64,000 nucleotides of DNA from Steroidobacteraceae bacterium (lineage in GTDB: Bacteria > Pseudomonadota > Gammaproteobacteria > Steroidobacterales > Steroidobacteraceae): the NCBI GenBank assembly GCA_050181835.1, contig JBFXCU010000007.1, positions 24,888 to 88,887 on the forward strand, read 5' to 3'. Below are positions 54,551-64,000 of the stretch, piece after piece. The position numbers were made by a program, and so were the translations under genes. A model generated the notes under the pieces. The model had not been told where the DNA came from. It saw only the letters and a program-made list of their open reading frames with translations, and made no database searches. Position 1 is the first letter of the stretch. Every line of letters begins with the position of its first letter.

Positions 54551-56050
54551 TTACTCTTCGCGAGTCACGCGCAACACTTCTTCAACGGTGGTGATGCCTT
54601 GCAAAATCTTGTTGCGGCCATCATCACGAATGCTCGGCGTTAGCGTGCGTGCATAGCGTTCCAGTTCATGTTCGCCAGCGCCATCGTGAATCATAGTGCG
54701 CAGCGTGTCGTCCACCGCCACAAATTCATGGATGCCGGTTCGTCCCTTGAAACCTTGTGTCGCGTCTGCGCGCGGTCGATACAGCGTAACCGGTGGTTCG
54801 CTGGTGGGTATGTTGAGCAGGCGTCGTTCGTAATCACTGGCGATATACGCCTCGCGTTGTTCTAAGTTCAGCACCCGCACCAGACGTTGCGCCAGCACAC
54901 CCAGCAAGCTGGAGGAAAGTAAAAAAGGCTCGATGCCCATGTCGCGTAATCGGGTAACGGCACCAACTGCAGTGTTGGTATGTAGGGTAGAGAGCACCAA
55001 GTGACCGGTGAGTGAGGCTTGTACGGCGATCTGTGCCGTTTCCAGATCACGAATTTCGCCGACCATCACCACGTCCGGATCCTGACGCAGGATAGCGCGC
55101 AGGCCCCGCGCGAAAGTCATGTCTACCTTGGTGTTGACTTGCGTTTGACCAATGCCATCGATGTAGTACTCGATGGGATCTTCGACAGTCATGATATTGC
55201 GGGTGTTGTCGTTAATGCACTCCAGTGCTGCATACAGTGTGGTGGTTTTGCCGGAACCGGTCGGGCCTGTGACCAGTACAATGCCATGTGGTCGGTGGAC
55301 GAGTTGATTCATCAGAACCTGGGTTTCCGGCACCATGCCTAACGACGATAACTCCAGCCGTCCGGCTTGTTTATCCAGCAAACGTAGCACCACCCGCTCA
55401 CCATGTCCGGCGGGGATGGTAGAGACGCGCACATCAACTGCACGACCCGCCACGCGCAACGAAATACGCCCATCCTGCGGCAGTCGCTTTTCGGCAATAT
55501 CCATTTTTGACATCACCTTGATACGCGATACCACCAGCGACGCCAGAGCTCGCTTGGATTGCAGCACTTCGCGCATGACGCCATCAACACGAAAACGCAT
55601 TACCAAGCGATTCTCGAAGGGTTCGATGTGAATATCCGAGGCGTTTTCTTTAACCGCTTGGGTGAACACCGCATTAATTAATTTGATAATGGGTGCGTGA
55701 TCGTCGCTTTCCAGCAAATCAGAGGGTTCGGGTAGGTCTTCGGCCAAATGTGCCAGATCGACATCATCCTCCAGCCCACCCACAGCCTGCTGCGCAGCGT
55801 TCTGACCGGATTCGTACTGACTACGCAAGGCTTGGTCAAACTGTTCGCTGTCGAGACGCTGTAGATCCAGTGGTAAGTTAATTAACCGTCGTACTTCGGC
55901 AATGGCGGTAGGGGTAACGTCCATTCGACACACAAGCCGCGCGCGGGTATCGGTTACTTCACTCAGTATGACGCCATGACGTTTGGCAAAGCTGAAGCTC
56001 AGGCTCGGTTTGGCGGTGACTTCATTGAGCAAATCAAGCGACGCATTCAT
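54551..56050 (-). CDS. gspE: Type II secretion system ATPase GspE
   Basis: It has Walker A (GPTGSGKTTTLYA), Asp box, Walker B (DPDVVMVGEIRD) and His box (TGHLVLSTLHTN). Confidence 0.95.
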   Translation of the reverse strand: MNASLDLLNEVTAKPSLSFSFAKRHGVILSEVTDTRARLVCRMDVTPTAIAEVRRLINLPLDLQRLDSEQFDQALRSQYESGQNAAQQAVGGLEDDVDLAHLAEDLPEPSDLLESDDHAPIIKLINAVFTQAVKENASDIHIEPFENRLVMRFRVDGVMREVLQSKRALASLVVSRIKVMSKMDIAEKRLPQDGRISLRVAGRAVDVRVSTIPAGHGERVVLRLLDKQAGRLELSSLGMVPETQVLMNQLVHRPHGIVLVTGPTGSGKTTTLYAALECINDNTRNIMTVEDPIEYYIDGIGQTQVNTKVDMTFARGLRAILRQDPDVVMVGEIRDLETAQIAVQASLTGHLVLSTLHTNTAVGAVTRLRDMGIEPFLLSSSLLGVLAQRLVRVLNLEQREAYIASDYERRLLNIPTSEPPVTLYRPRADATQGFKGRTGIHEFVAVDDTLRTMIHDGAGEHELERYARTLTPSIRDDGRNKILQGITTVEEVLRVTREE

Positions 56051-56058
56051 GAGCTGGC

Positions 56059-58113
56059 TCAGTTCAACGGCGTGGTGGTCAGGTCACGGTCGGGCACCAC
56101 GGGCGCTACTGGCGTTATTTCCGGTTTAGGTTCTGACTGCTTCAGTTCGGGTAACAAAGGTTGCAGTTCACCAAGTTGTAGGCTGGCTTTACCATCGTTA
56201 CGTTGTAGTTGTAGATCACGGATGAAATTGTACTTGGCATTGGTTTCATAGGACGCCTGTATGCCATTACGCAGAATGGTTGGTTTGATAAATACCAATA
56301 AGTTGGTTTTGGTCTTTTTGCTGTTACGCGACTTGAACAAATTACCGAGGATAGGTATTGAACCCAGAATCGGTACACGTGAATTACCTTCGACCAGGTT
56401 GTCCTCGAGCAAGCCGCCCAGCACGATGGTCTGCCCGTCATCCACCATGACCACGTTTTCAATTGAGCGCTTGTTGGTGATCAAGCTGCCTGCGTCCCCA
56501 GTTTGCTGCGACAATGACGAGGCCTCTTGGGATATCTTTAGCGTAACTGATCCGCCCTTGTTGATCTTGGGAGTAATGGTCAGTTTGGTGCCAACGTCTT
56601 CACGGGTCACCGTGGTGAAAGGGTTGACTGTTGAATTGCTATTATCGGTACCGGTGGAGGCATACTGTCCTGTAATTAATGGCACCTGTTGGGTGACCTC
56701 AATCTTCGCTTCCTGATTATCCAGCGTGATAATCGACGGCGTGGAGATCACGTTGGTGTTGCCGTCTTCCTGTAGCGCCCGCAGTATCGCCGCGAAACTG
56801 GCACCCGAATCAACAATCCGGCCAATGCCGAAGGTAGTGCCGCTTGGTAAGGAGGTGTAGTCTCCAGTTGCAGCTACAGCTGCCAAGCTGGTGATCGGGT
56901 TGGTGCCACCACTGAATACAGCCGCAGGTACGTTGCTGCCATTGCTGCCGTACAACGCCCAGTTAACCCCCAGTTCAGCGGCTTTGGTTGCTGATACTTC
57001 GACAACGATGGCCTCAACATGTACCTGCGCGCGACGAATGTCGAGCGCATCGACAATGGCCATAATCTGTTCCATCACCTTGGGTGGTGCACTCACTACC
57101 AGCGCATTGGTGGCCTTGTCGGCCCATATGGAGACGCTGTTGCTGGCGGCACTGCTGGTAGTTGTGCTTGCTACACCACCTGGCGCTGCGGTGCCGGTAA
57201 CGGATTGAGCAATACCTTGAATTTGTGCCTTCAGACTGGTCGCCAAGGCTTCTGCATCGGCGTATTCCAGAAAGCGCGTCTTGGTGTTGCCGCCACTTTG
57301 CAATGGGGTATCCAAGTAGGTAATGAGGGTTTTGAGGCGCAGACGGGTTGATTTGTCACCACTGAGAATGATGCTGTTGGTGCGCTCATCAGCCACCACT
57401 TTAAGTTGCTGCCCCCCCTCGGTTGCTTGCGCCGCTGCACCACTGGCGGCGTTGAGTGAATTAACTACTTTGAGAATTTCTGCTGCGGTAGCGTTCTGCA
57501 TCTGGATGATTTCGTATGATTCATCACTGGCTCGGTCGATGCGTTCAATAATCCGCAACATGCGGTTGACGTTATTGGCCCGATCCGTAATCACCAACAT
57601 ATTGCTGGCAGAATAGGCCACGAGATTGCCATAGGTCGCAACCAATGGCCGCAGAATGGGCACCAGTTGGGCGGCGCTGACATTATGAACGGCGACGACC
57701 TGCGTTACCAATTCTGAAGAATTACCATCGACAGTACCCGGCAAGTCATTGGCTGGCACCTGACGTGCGTTGGCATCAGGCATGATGACAATGGTATTGC
57801 CGCCGCTAGGTACCGCGACATAGCCATGCACTTGGAGAATGGACAGGTAGGCTTCGTAAAAAGCATTGGGTGACATCGGTGTCGAAGACAGCATGGTGAC
57901 CTGCGCCTTGACTCGCGGATCAATGATGATGGACTTGCCGGTTACTGCACTTACCGCCTCAGTGATCTGCGCCAGATCGGCATCCTTGTAGTTAGGGGTG
58001 ATCGTCGCACGCGAGTCAGCCTGTTGTGCTGAAGCACTGGCAATACATAACAGGCTGGTGATGAGCAGGATGACCAGCGGCTGCCGAAATAGTGAGTTGC
58101 ATATGACTTGCAT
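56059..58113 (-). CDS. gspD: Type II secretion system secretin GspD
   Basis: The 684-aa ORF has a signal peptide, N0-N3 domains and the secretin domain (VDDGQTIVLGGL...VPILGSIPILGNLF...TNLLVFIKPTIL). Confidence 0.95.
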   Translation of the reverse strand: MQVICNSLFRQPLVILLITSLLCIASASAQQADSRATITPNYKDADLAQITEAVSAVTGKSIIIDPRVKAQVTMLSSTPMSPNAFYEAYLSILQVHGYVAVPSGGNTIVIMPDANARQVPANDLPGTVDGNSSELVTQVVAVHNVSAAQLVPILRPLVATYGNLVAYSASNMLVITDRANNVNRMLRIIERIDRASDESYEIIQMQNATAAEILKVVNSLNAASGAAAQATEGGQQLKVVADERTNSIILSGDKSTRLRLKTLITYLDTPLQSGGNTKTRFLEYADAEALATSLKAQIQGIAQSVTGTAAPGGVASTTTSSAASNSVSIWADKATNALVVSAPPKVMEQIMAIVDALDIRRAQVHVEAIVVEVSATKAAELGVNWALYGSNGSNVPAAVFSGGTNPITSLAAVAATGDYTSLPSGTTFGIGRIVDSGASFAAILRALQEDGNTNVISTPSIITLDNQEAKIEVTQQVPLITGQYASTGTDNSNSTVNPFTTVTREDVGTKLTITPKINKGGSVTLKISQEASSLSQQTGDAGSLITNKRSIENVVMVDDGQTIVLGGLLEDNLVEGNSRVPILGSIPILGNLFKSRNSKKTKTNLLVFIKPTILRNGIQASYETNAKYNFIRDLQLQRNDGKASLQLGELQPLLPELKQSEPKPEITPVAPVVPDRDLTTTPLN

Positions 58114-58124
58114 CGTGATCCTGA

Positions 58125-59147
58125 TTATTGCGTACTTGCCGGGTCAGTAACAGGGTTGGGGCCGCGCAGGCCACGATTGGCGTTGGGTGAACTGGCAAAG
58201 TCCGCATTGTTTGGCTCGATATCACCGCCGGAGCTGCTGCTGTCGCTGGTGGTACTGTCTGGCAAGCTGAGCTGTGCCATGTCCAGCGTGATAGCTTGAC
58301 TGGTGCCGTTGCGCTCCACCATGACCTGCGCGGTGGTCGAAGCGGTTAGCGTATTAAGAATTTCGGCACCGCGATTTACGTCATCCAAGCTGCTGCCATT
58401 GATTGACGTAACCAAATCGCCTGGTTGCAAGCCCAATCGGGCAAACTGTTGCCGATCGCGTCCCGGATACACGCGGTAGCCTTTTTGCACACCATTACTG
58501 AACACTGGTTGAGCGCGCAGTAGCTCACCCAGCGCGCTGGGATTGTTACTCACAATACGCCGCAGATTGTTGACCACGTTATCGCTGGTGCTACGTACGG
58601 GCGGGGCGATAAAGTTGCTGGGCAGGCCACGCGGCAGCACGATAGTCTCCAAGGTACCACTGCGATCAATGATAACCCGGTCTGTGTACACCGAATGCAG
58701 ATGAACACCGCCATCGATAGTGGCACCGACACGATAAAATTTGGCGTTCGCCGCAGTGGTGCCGATGATCGCATAACCCGCTTCAGGATCCTCCAATGCC
58801 ATGGTGCCAGCCAAGATTAAGTTCATCTGACTCTTGGGCAAGTTATTCGGGTCGGTGATGCCGGGATCAGCACTGGCGACGCCAAACAGGTGCGCGTCAG
58901 CGATCTGTTGTGGGCTGACCTGATTGGATGCAGATGCCTGCGTTGGTACCACTGGCACGGATTGGTTGACCGTTACTCCGGGCGATAATACTAGCCAGGT
59001 TAGTTTGGCGGCTTGCCATGCAATGCCCAGCACCGCCAGACCAGCCAACAGTTGCGGCGCGCGGCGATTGCCCAGTTGCGCCCATTGCGTCGGGCTCATG
59101 GCGCTGAGTTGGTGCAAGGCGGCGGGCAATTTAAGGCTGGCTATCAT
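58125..59147 (-). CDS. gspC: Type II secretion system protein GspC (N-terminal TM, HR region, PDZ domain)
   Basis: It lies immediately upstream of gspD. It has one TM (LLAGLAVLGIAW) and a PDZ motif (GYRVYPGRDRQQFARLGLQPGDLVTSINGSSLDD). Confidence 0.8.
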   Translation of the reverse strand: MIASLKLPAALHQLSAMSPTQWAQLGNRRAPQLLAGLAVLGIAWQAAKLTWLVLSPGVTVNQSVPVVPTQASASNQVSPQQIADAHLFGVASADPGITDPNNLPKSQMNLILAGTMALEDPEAGYAIIGTTAANAKFYRVGATIDGGVHLHSVYTDRVIIDRSGTLETIVLPRGLPSNFIAPPVRSTSDNVVNNLRRIVSNNPSALGELLRAQPVFSNGVQKGYRVYPGRDRQQFARLGLQPGDLVTSINGSSLDDVNRGAEILNTLTASTTAQVMVERNGTSQAITLDMAQLSLPDSTTSDSSSSGGDIEPNNADFASSPNANRGLRGPNPVTDPASTQ

Positions 59148-59477
59148 ATTCCAAGGTTAGAGAAAATTGCAAAATGTAAGTTTAACCGGTTCTGTGTTAA
59201 GGAAATTGTTTCAATTCACGCGGTTAGTCGCAAGGGTGTCTGAGACGCGCCACACTATGGTTGAGAATCGAGACTAAAAGTTGCGACTCGAAGATCAAGA
59301 AAGTAGCGGTAGTGTCCGATACCAAGATGAATCAGTAATGATGAACCCATGCTTAGAAGGTTTGTCGTATGGGCCTCTAGTGATAATTGATGCTTTTAGG
59401 TGTCTCCACGCTAGTTAGTGCTTGTTTTACCTGCGTAGTGATCCTATATAAGAGGTCTGGAAAGCGGTTTACTGGTA

Positions 59478-59795
59478 ATGAGCGAAGATATCCCTGATTT
59501 TGAACGCGGTTTGGTGGTTGAAGCGGTACGGCCTAAGCTAAAGCGGCCGCCTTTGTACCAGGTACTGTTGCTGAACGATGACTACACCCCGATGGAGTTT
59601 GTAGTGCAGATTCTGGAACAGGTATTTAGCCTGGATCGACCCACCTCAACGCGAGTGATGCTGGAAGTGCATACCCGTGGTAAAGGAGTATGTGGTGTGT
59701 TCACTTATGAAATTGCCGAGACTAAAGTGGCGCAAGTGACAAGTATTGCGCGACAACAGCAACATCCGTTGCTGTGTACGATGGAAGAAGCCTGA
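59478..59795 (+). CDS. clpS: ATP-dependent Clp protease adaptor ClpS
   Basis: The sequence [30 protein letters not shown]...[23 protein letters not shown] is canonical ClpS. Confidence 0.93.
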   Translation: MSEDIPDFERGLVVEAVRPKLKRPPLYQVLLLNDDYTPMEFVVQILEQVFSLDRPTSTRVMLEVHTRGKGVCGVFTYEIAETKVAQVTSIARQQQHPLLCTMEEA

Positions 59796-59842
59796 TTCGG
59801 TGGAGTTACTGACCTGCAACGTGCGGGTAAGAGGGTAGGAAA

Positions 59843-62116
59843 GTGTTAAGCAATGAACTTGAACTGTGTCTAAACGAGGCTTTTCAATCAGCCCGTGAGT
59901 CACGTCATGAATTCATGACGGTAGAGCACTTGCTGCTGGCCATCATTGATACTCCCAAGGTGCTCGAAGTGCTGCGCGCCTGTGGCGCTGACGCGACCAG
60001 CTTACGCAAAGAGTTGCAGGAATTCATTGAGCAGACCACACCCCGGCTCAAAGAAGGCGACGAGCGAGAAGTGCAGCCAACGCTGGGGTTCCAGCGCGTG
60101 TTGCAGCGCGCCGTATTCCATGTGCAGTCCAGTGGTCGTAAAGAAGTCAGTACCGCCAATGTATTGGTGGCGATATTCAGTGAAAAGCATTCGCATGCTG
60201 CCTATCTGCTATCCATGCAGGAAGTGGCGCGGCTTGATGTGGTTAATTACATTTCGCACGGTCTTTCCAAAACGGGTGATGACGCCGTTGCCAAGGATAA
60301 AGAAGATGCCAATCCTGATAGCGCTGATCGCGATAGTGAGGCCGGCTCGGCGTTGGACAAATATGCGAGTAATCTCAATAAGATGGCGCTGGATGGACGT
60401 ATTGATCCATTAATCGGTCGACAGATGGAAGTTGAGCGTACCGTAGAAATTTTATGCCGCCGTCGCAAGAACAACCCGCTATACGTGGGTGAAGCAGGGG
60501 TCGGCAAGACCGCGCTGGTCGAAGGGCTGGCGCTGTTGATAGTGGAAGGCAAGGTGCCGGAAGTATTGATGGATTGCACCGTGTATTCGCTGGATCTGGG
60601 TTCGCTGATCGCTGGTACCAAGTATCGCGGTGACTTTGAGAAGCGGCTCAGGGGTGTACTGTCCGAACTGAAGAAAATTCCGGGCGCTATTCTATTCATT
60701 GATGAAATTCACACCGTCATTGGCGCGGGTGCGGCATCCGGTGGTGTGATGGATGCGTCCAACCTGATCAAGCCTGCACTGGCAAACGGTGAGCTGCGCT
60801 GCATTGGCTCAACCACTTACGCTGAGTATCGCGGTATTTTTGAAAAGGATCATGCGTTAGCGCGCCGTTTCCAGAAGATCGATGTACTGGAACCCAGCGT
60901 GCCGGATACCATCGAGATTCTCAAAGGCTTGCGCTCGCGCTTTGAAGAACATCATGGTGTGAGCTATGAAGATGAGGCACTTAAGGTAGCTGCTGAACTG
61001 GCGGCACGGCATATCAATGATCGTCAGTTGCCGGACAAGGCTATTGATGTGATCGACGAGGCGGGTGCGCGCTTGCGCCTGAAGCCGGTGGGTGAACGCG
61101 AAAAAGTGGTAACGGTCGCGATGATCGAAGACGTGGTGGCACGAATTGCGCGCATTCCTGCCAAGAATGTTTCAACCTCGGATCGCGACTTGCTCAAAAA
61201 TCTGGAACGCAACCTCAGGTTGGTGATCTACGGCCAAGACGCTGCCATTGAGTCGTTGGCTTCGGCCATCAAAATGGCTCGTTCAGGGCTGAATGACCAA
61301 AGCAAGCCCGTCGGTTCGTTCCTGTTCGCCGGGCCGACCGGCGTCGGCAAAACCGAAGTAACTCGACAGTTGGCGCTCGCCTTGGGTGTGGAGTTGATTC
61401 GCTTTGACATGTCCGAGTATATGGAGCCGCATACCGTGTCGCGCTTAATCGGTGCGCCGCCTGGCTACGTGGGTTTCGATCAGGGCGGCTTGCTCACTGA
61501 GCAAGTCAACAAGCATCCGCATGCAGTGTTGTTGCTGGATGAAATCGAAAAAGCCAATCCGCAGGTATTTAATCTGCTGTTGCAGGTGATGGATCATGGC
61601 ACGCTGACCGATAACAATGGCCGCAAAGCCGACTTTCGACACATCATCATTGTCATGACCACCAATGCAGGCGCGTTTGAAATGAGCCGACCTACCATTG
61701 GTTTTGTTGCTGGCGATAACAGTAGCGATGGTATGGAAGCAATCAAACGGTTGTTCTCACCAGAATTCCGTAATCGTCTCGATGCCACTATCCAGTTTAA
61801 TGCTTTGGATTCACGCACCATCCAACGGGTCGTCGACAAGTTGTTGGTGGAGGTGGAGGCGCAGCTGGAGCAGAAGGGCGTGCAACTGCATGTCGATGAC
61901 AGTGTGCGTGAATGGCTGGCAGTGAAGGGTTATGACCCGAAGATGGGTGCTCGACCGATGGCGCGGCTCATTCAGGAGTCAATCAAGCGGGCGCTGGCCG
62001 AAGATCTGTTATTCGGCAATCTGGTCAATGGTGGTCAAGCCTTTGTCTCTGTAGGTGCGGATGACAAGCTAAGCGTGACTACTCGCGCTCTGGAAGAACC
62101 GGCGCTGTTGGATTGA
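59843..62116 (+). CDS. clpA: ATP-dependent Clp protease ATP-binding subunit ClpA
   Basis: The 757-aa ORF has a Clp N-domain and two AAA+ modules (GEAGVGKTALVEG; GPTGVGKTEVTRQLA). It starts with GTG. Confidence 0.96.
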   Translation: MLSNELELCLNEAFQSARESRHEFMTVEHLLLAIIDTPKVLEVLRACGADATSLRKELQEFIEQTTPRLKEGDEREVQPTLGFQRVLQRAVFHVQSSGRKEVSTANVLVAIFSEKHSHAAYLLSMQEVARLDVVNYISHGLSKTGDDAVAKDKEDANPDSADRDSEAGSALDKYASNLNKMALDGRIDPLIGRQMEVERTVEILCRRRKNNPLYVGEAGVGKTALVEGLALLIVEGKVPEVLMDCTVYSLDLGSLIAGTKYRGDFEKRLRGVLSELKKIPGAILFIDEIHTVIGAGAASGGVMDASNLIKPALANGELRCIGSTTYAEYRGIFEKDHALARRFQKIDVLEPSVPDTIEILKGLRSRFEEHHGVSYEDEALKVAAELAARHINDRQLPDKAIDVIDEAGARLRLKPVGEREKVVTVAMIEDVVARIARIPAKNVSTSDRDLLKNLERNLRLVIYGQDAAIESLASAIKMARSGLNDQSKPVGSFLFAGPTGVGKTEVTRQLALALGVELIRFDMSEYMEPHTVSRLIGAPPGYVGFDQGGLLTEQVNKHPHAVLLLDEIEKANPQVFNLLLQVMDHGTLTDNNGRKADFRHIIIVMTTNAGAFEMSRPTIGFVAGDNSSDGMEAIKRLFSPEFRNRLDATIQFNALDSRTIQRVVDKLLVEVEAQLEQKGVQLHVDDSVREWLAVKGYDPKMGARPMARLIQESIKRALAEDLLFGNLVNGGQAFVSVGADDKLSVTTRALEEPALLD

Positions 62117-62177
62117 GGCTTATTTAAGCGTGTAACCCTGCTCGATTGAAATGCAAGCGGCAGGGTGGTGGCGTCGA

Positions 62178-62408
62178 TCAGCGGGCGCGATAGACAATAC
62201 GACCCTTGGTCAGGTCATAGGGCGTCAATTCCACGGTGACAGCATCGCCGGTCAGAATGCGGATGTAGTTTTTACGCATTTTGCCGGAGATATGAGCAAT
62301 CACTACGTGGCCGTTAGTGAGTTCCACGCGAAACGTGGTGTTAGGTAACGTATCGACTACGCGACCTTCCATTTGAATGGCATCTTCCTTCGACAATGTA
62401 TCTCGCAA
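62178..62408 (-). CDS. infA: Translation initiation factor IF-1
   Basis: The sequence ...[70 protein letters not shown] is present. Both candidate starts are TTG (62408 or 62396). Confidence 0.95.
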   Translation of the reverse strand: MRDTLSKEDAIQMEGRVVDTLPNTTFRVELTNGHVVIAHISGKMRKNYIRILTGDAVTVELTPYDLTKGRIVYRAR

Positions 62409-62510
62409 TGTTTAGTTAGTGGTGGCAGCTAAGCCGGAAAGCGCGCGAATTGTGCATAAGAGCGCGCGGCAATGCAATCAAAGCTTTGACTGGCGGTATT
62501 CACCCGAGAC

Positions 62511-63176
62511 TCAGGCTGCATACTGATACAGCAGATCCAGAAACCTCTGCCGGGAAAGGCTACGAGCGCCCAAACTCGACAAGTGGGGGGTCGCCATCTG
62601 GCAGTCAATCAATGCCACCGGTAACTCGGCCAGTGGTTCGCACAGAGATTTCAAGGCGAATTTTGAAGCGTCACTGATGCGGCTGAACATCGATTCGCCG
62701 AAAAACATAGTGCCTAGTTTGACTCCATAAAGGCCACCAACCAGTTGGTCATCACACCAAGTTTCGACCGAGTGTGCATGGCCCTGCTGGTGCAACTGCA
62801 GGTATGCCCCCTGCATGGCCGGGGTAATCCACGTGCCATCCGGGCGCAACTGCGGATCGGCGCAACCCGCCAGTACTGCGGCGAAGGCGCAATTGACTCG
62901 GATGCTGAAACTGCGCTGGCGGGCAGTTTTGCTCAGGCTACGTGACGCTTTGAATTCCTGTGGAAACAACACAGTACGCGGATCGGGCGACCACCACAGA
63001 ATCGGCTGACCCGGTGAATACCAAGGGAAAATACCACGTCGATACGCTGCAAGTAGCCGTGCCGAACTGAGGTCGCCGCCCGCTGCCAGTAGTCCAGGTG
63101 GATCGATCAGGGCCTGATCTACCGAGGGGAAGCTATCAGGCGGATCATTTTCACTGAGCCAGATCAGATTGTTCAT
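62511..63176 (-). CDS. aat: Leucyl/phenylalanyl-tRNA--protein transferase
   Basis: The 221-aa ORF has GLLAAGGDLS..RLL.AYRRGIFPW...PILWWSPDPR and ...HSVE.W....LVGGLYGV.LG..FFGESMF. Confidence 0.92.
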   Translation of the reverse strand: MNNLIWLSENDPPDSFPSVDQALIDPPGLLAAGGDLSSARLLAAYRRGIFPWYSPGQPILWWSPDPRTVLFPQEFKASRSLSKTARQRSFSIRVNCAFAAVLAGCADPQLRPDGTWITPAMQGAYLQLHQQGHAHSVETWCDDQLVGGLYGVKLGTMFFGESMFSRISDASKFALKSLCEPLAELPVALIDCQMATPHLSSLGARSLSRQRFLDLLYQYAA

Positions 63177-64000
63177 GGCTGGGTGTTGCCAGAGTCAAGT
63201 TCAGGATCGTGGCGATGAAACGGCACATGCACACGCAGTTGCTGCGCGTAATTGTCGATCGCTTGCCGTTCCAAGTGCAGGTGCTCGGCCAAGGAGTGAC
63301 GAAAGCGCAGCTCACGCACGTAATGTGCTGAGTAAGCCAGGGTCGGTTCAAAGCCGCGCGCAATTTTGTGCTCGCCTTGCGTGCCAGGTTCAAACAACTG
63401 CAAATCACGTTCAATACAGAATTCGATGCCTTGGTAGTAACAGGTTTCAAAATGCAGGCTATCGTAATTGCCTTGCGCACCCCAGTAACGACCATACAGG
63501 GTGGTGTCGCTGTGAAAGAAAATTGCTGAGGCCACCGGCTTACCCTGATGTTCGGCCAACTTGACCATGACCTGATCGGGTAGAGTTTGCGCGACGCGCT
63601 GGAAGAACTCGGCAGTCAGGTAATGCTCGTGACCGTGTTGGTGAAAGGTGGACTCGGAAAAAGAAAATAGCGTTTGCCAGTTGGCAGTGCTGAGTTCGGC
63701 TCCACACAGAGTTCTAAATTGAATGCCGTATTCCTCCAGTACGCGACGGCGCTCACGCCGTGCTTTCTTGCGTTTATCGGCACGAAACCTGCCTAGAAAA
63801 TCATCCATGTTCTGATAACCACGATTGAACCAGTGGAATTGACAGCTGGTGCGTGGTAGCCAGCCTTGTTCTATCAGTGCTTGATAATCATTAAGGGCAG
63901 GAAACAGTATATGGGCGCTGGAGATTTGCAGTTCATCGCTGAGATCTTGTATGGCTTGGCTGAGTTCGCGTCGGAGCTTGGCTTGATCAGCGTCTTGCGC
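63173..64000 (-). CDS. DUF482 / FemAB-like GNAT-fold protein (partial; N-terminus lies beyond the window)
   Basis: The frame is open from the window edge down to a TGA at 63173-63175. The C-terminal motifs LYGRYWG...LHFETCYYQGIEFCIERDLQLFEPGTQGEHKIARGFEP are typical of PF04339-type proteins. The stop overlaps the aat start (ATGA). Confidence 0.8.
   Translation of the reverse strand, partial: AQDADQAKLRRELSQAIQDLSDELQISSAHILFPALNDYQALIEQGWLPRTSCQFHWFNRGYQNMDDFLGRFRADKRKKARRERRRVLEEYGIQFRTLCGAELSTANWQTLFSFSESTFHQHGHEHYLTAEFFQRVAQTLPDQVMVKLAEHQGKPVASAIFFHSDTTLYGRYWGAQGNYDSLHFETCYYQGIEFCIERDLQLFEPGTQGEHKIARGFEPTLAYSAHYVRELRFRHSLAEHLHLERQAIDNYAQQLRVHVPFHRHDPELDSGNTQP

Noticed and set aside
62135-62166. 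The hairpin ACCCTGC...GCAGGGT between the convergent clpA and infA genes.
   Set aside because: It has only a 7-bp stem, a loop of about 18 nt and no U-tract on either strand. That is too weak to call a terminator.

Overview
This is a 64-kb chromosomal segment of a proteobacterium, probably a gammaproteobacterium. That is inferred from lolC-lolE-lolD with two permeases, the E. coli-like clpS-clpA-infA-aat order, and a Xanthomonas-like lolD / rpfE-like / recJ / prfB / lysS order.

Two housekeeping blocks flank an accessory block:
- **Block 1 (1-18.4 kb):** Nudix CoA pyrophosphatase, mazG, an archaeal/eukaryal-type proS, a DUF924 gene, trhO, mfd, lolCED, recJ, prfB with its +1 frameshift, and lysS.
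- **Block 2 (45.2-64 kb):** tRNA-Leu(CAG), rnr, rlmB, prc, a Gfo/Idh/MocA oxidoreductase, gspCDEF, clpS, clpA, infA, aat and a DUF482 FemAB-like gene.
- **Accessory block (about 18.4-45.2 kb):** bounded by a REP-like hairpin after lysS and by the tRNA-Leu gene.

The accessory block holds three groups of genes:
- Two paralogous aromatic-rich secreted proteins, one of them frameshifted.
- An eight-gene co-directional envelope/osmotic-stress array: DUF4398, an OmpA-like protein, CsbD, a 3xBON protein, cardiolipin synthase plus a coupled secreted unknown, a 48-aa lmo0937-type ORF missing from the ORF track, and DUF3185.
- A signalling cluster built around three paralogous Crp/Fnr-like regulators. 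One sits beside a decayed receiver gene and a REC-PAS-GGDEF-EAL protein. One closes a soluble hybrid kinase / REC-PAS operon. One is translationally coupled to a 2886-aa cyclic beta-1,2-glucan synthase.

I consider this Crp-like / two-component / c-di-GMP / cyclic-glucan module the most likely undescribed regulatory system in the window. I saw no CRISPR array, rRNA, intact mobile element, integrase or recognisable defence system.

Coordinates of small motifs come from manual counting and may be off by 1-2 nt.
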